DNA of 24,785 nucleotides from an uncultured bacterium (GTDB lineage Bacteria; Hinthialibacterota; Hinthialibacteria; Hinthialibacterales; Hinthialibacteraceae): NCBI GenBank assembly GCA_964516245.1, contig CAZEZQ010000002.1, positions 1,678 to 26,462 of the forward strand, read 5' to 3'. Shown piece by piece: positions 22,967 to 24,785 of this stretch (position 1 is its first letter; each line of letters starts with the position of its first letter). The notes under the pieces were generated by a model. It saw only the letters and a program-made list of their open reading frames with translations, ran no database searches and was not told where the DNA came from. The position numbers and the translations under genes were made by a program.

Positions 22967-24785
22967 ATGGCGGATAAAGCAAAGAACAATTTGAAAAGTC
23001 AAGATATCCAAAATTGGCTCATTACCGAAATTTCAGAGAGATTCGAGTTAAATCTAGATGAAATAGGCGTAAATGAACCGTTTGGTTATTTTGGAATTTC
23101 TTCCAGCGATGCAGTTATATTAATAGGAGACCTTGAGACTTATATAAACCAATCGGTCTCACCAACAGTGTTGTGGGATTATCCTACGATTGAAGAATTA
23201 TCAAATCATCTTGCAAATAATCAACAGAAAAAGCAAGCATCACCAGCGAATCTTCACAGTGTAAATCAAATGGAAGATGTAGCTGTAATTGGAATGGCAT
23301 GCCGTTTTCCGGGCGCCAATTCATTGGAAGAATTTTGGGAATTACTGATTCAGGGAAGATCATCCATTGGTGAAATTCCACAGGACAGGTGGGAGATCGA
23401 TTCGTATATCAATTCGGGTTCAACACAATCTGGTGAAATGAACACTCAATGGATGGGTGCGATAGACAAGCCATATTGCTTTGATGCTTCTTTTTTCGGA
23501 ATCTCCCCCAGAGAAGCCGAAAATATGGATCCCCAACAGCGTGTGCTTTTAGAGGTCACTTGGGAAGCGTTTGAACATGCAGGGATACCAATTCAATCTT
23601 TGCGCGGGTCAGACACTGGAGTATTTATCGGGATATCGACTGATGATTATTCACGTCCCGCGCCACCACAACCAGAGCATTTCAATGCGTATTTTGGGAG
23701 CGGCAATTCTGCTAGCATTGCCGCCAATCGACTTTCATACGTTTATGATTTTCATGGTCCCAGTATATCACTTGATACGGCTTGTTCATCTTCTCTGGTA
23801 GCCATTCATTCTGCCTGTCAAAACATCCAATTGAATGAATGCGATATGGCCGTTGCCGGTGGTGTGAATTTGATTCTTTCACCAGATTTTCATGTGGTGT
23901 TTTCTCAAGCAAATATGCTGGCGGAAGATGGACGATGCAAAACATTCGATGCCTCAGCCGATGGGTATGTGCGTAGTGAAGGTTGCGGCGTCGTGATTTT
24001 GAAACGATTATCCCAAGCCGTTGTGGATAACGACACAATACTTGCCGTGATACGCGGGACTGCCGTGAATCAAGATGGGCGCAGTAATGGTTTAACAGCT
24101 CCAAACGGTCCATCCCAACAAGCGGTAATTCGAAAAGCACTCCAAAAGGCAAAGTTAGAACCCCATCAGATAAATTACATCGAAGCCCACGGAACGGGAA
24201 CATCGTTGGGTGATCCAATCGAAATGGAAGCGCTGAAATCAGTTCTGCTTGAGCATCGAGATAAGAATTTTCCTTGTTTTATCGGATCAGTGAAAACCAA
24301 TATCGGTCACTTGGAAGCCGCCGCGGGAATTGCCGGATTTATAAAAACGGTTATGATGCTGCAACATCGGGAAATTCCGCCGCATTTGCATCTTCAGAAG
24401 CTGAATCCCCATATAGCGATTGATGGATTGCCGATTTCCATTCCAAAGCATCGTATCCCATTGCAAAGCGCATCAACGTCTCATGTGTGTGGAGTAAGTT
24501 CATTCGGATTTGGCGGAACAAATGCGCATGTGATTATCGAAGAAACTCCGCCAGCATTTGAAAAATCATCTATTTCTGAAAAAGAACTACTACGAATGTT
24601 CTCTTTTTCAGCAGCGGATCAAAATGCGCTTACTGATCGAATCAAATCCATCCACGAGTTATTGACTACAAATCCATCCCTATCATTTGAAAACTTATTC
24701 TTTACCTTAACCCAACGGCGCTCCCATTTAGACCACCGCGCGGCAACTGTAGCTGCAACCCGTGAAGAATTTATCTCCCGGTTAA
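22967..24785 (+). CDS. Polyketide synthase (or hybrid PKS-NRPS) module: N-terminal ACP followed by a ketosynthase domain; the 3' end lies beyond the window
   Basis: Not in the ORF track because no stop occurs before the window end. ATG 22967 is preceded by an in-frame TAA 18 nt upstream. Hand translation gives an ACP ('FGYFGISSSDAVILIGDLETY'), then a KS: 'EDVAVIGMACRFPGANSLEEFWELL', active-site 'DTACSSSLVAIHSAC', 'EAHGTGTSLGDPIE', 'GSVKTNIGHLEAAAGIAG'. The frame continues open to 24785. Confidence 0.85.
   Translation, partial: MADKAKNNLKSQDIQNWLITEISERFELNLDEIGVNEPFGYFGISSSDAVILIGDLETYINQSVSPTVLWDYPTIEELSNHLANNQQKKQASPANLHSVNQMEDVAVIGMACRFPGANSLEEFWELLIQGRSSIGEIPQDRWEIDSYINSGSTQSGEMNTQWMGAIDKPYCFDASFFGISPREAENMDPQQRVLLEVTWEAFEHAGIPIQSLRGSDTGVFIGISTDDYSRPAPPQPEHFNAYFGSGNSASIAANRLSYVYDFHGPSISLDTACSSSLVAIHSACQNIQLNECDMAVAGGVNLILSPDFHVVFSQANMLAEDGRCKTFDASADGYVRSEGCGVVILKRLSQAVVDNDTILAVIRGTAVNQDGRSNGLTAPNGPSQQAVIRKALQKAKLEPHQINYIEAHGTGTSLGDPIEMEALKSVLLEHRDKNFPCFIGSVKTNIGHLEAAAGIAGFIKTVMMLQHREIPPHLHLQKLNPHIAIDGLPISIPKHRIPLQSASTSHVCGVSSFGFGGTNAHVIIEETPPAFEKSSISEKELLRMFSFSAADQNALTDRIKSIHELLTTNPSLSFENLFFTLTQRRSHLDHRAATVAATREEFISRL

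Noticed and set aside
260-24218. Numerous short antisense or overlapping ORFs in the six-frame track (e.g. 260-463-, 1855-2226-, 7013-7360-, 20475-20990-, 23712-24218-)
   Set aside because: They lie entirely within longer ORFs that have clear domain signatures on the other strand or frame, and they carry no recognisable motifs. They are treated as spurious.
1-24785. CRISPR arrays, tRNA/rRNA genes
   Set aside because: No regularly spaced direct repeats with unique spacers were seen. No sequence has tRNA cloverleaf hallmarks (the GTTCGAATC T-loop) or rRNA-like conserved blocks. The repeats present are inverted-repeat elements instead.

Overview
The window is AT-rich and gene-dense, and looks bacterial. 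Most genes have weak or no Shine-Dalgarno sequences. An H-X9-DG/DUF1559-type prepilin protein plus a secretin hints at a PVC-superphylum-like organism, but that is an inference from gene content only.

Gene content, left to right:
- 1-490: the 3' end of a secretin gene (PilQ/GspD-type).
- 561-886: two adjacent MITE-like elements with terminal inverted repeats, one with a 9-bp target-site duplication.
- 1000-2202: a GGCT/AIG2-like gene and a DUF1559 prepilin-type pseudopilin.
- 2223-2365: two tandem copies of a ~57-bp hairpin-containing motif.
- 2521-4393: a small membrane-protein ORF and a YojI/SyrD-type 'cyclic peptide' ABC exporter.
- 4378-5228 (minus strand): a divergent SpeH-like pyruvoyl AdoMetDC homologue, start/stop-overlapped with a SET-domain protein.
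- 5407-12685: a 7.3-kb translationally coupled plus-strand operon. It encodes a 1073-aa TLC/NTT-like transporter fused to HEAT repeats and a cNMP-binding domain, a Cache + NHL-propeller + HAMP sensor with an unrecognised C-terminal domain, a stand-alone cNMP-binding protein, and a second Cache-HAMP sensor with a different unrecognised C-terminal domain. This is the best candidate for an undescribed signalling system.
- 12743-12898: a third MITE-like element related to the one at 561-690.
- 13236-19611: an SPFH/band-7 protein, a PotD-like solute-binding protein with an odd RHH-like C-terminal tail, a HemK-like methyltransferase (minus strand), a lipoprotein and a PAF-AH-like alpha/beta hydrolase.
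- 19704-24785: the start of a biosynthetic gene cluster. It comprises a fatty acyl-AMP ligase, a convergent type II thioesterase and MbtH-like protein, and a PKS beginning ACP-KS that runs off the window end.

No rRNA, tRNA or CRISPR array was seen.

The recurring structured non-coding elements (the TIR-flanked elements and the hairpin motif with compensatory stem changes, found upstream of plus-strand genes) and the degenerate AdoMetDC + SET operon are the other items worth follow-up.
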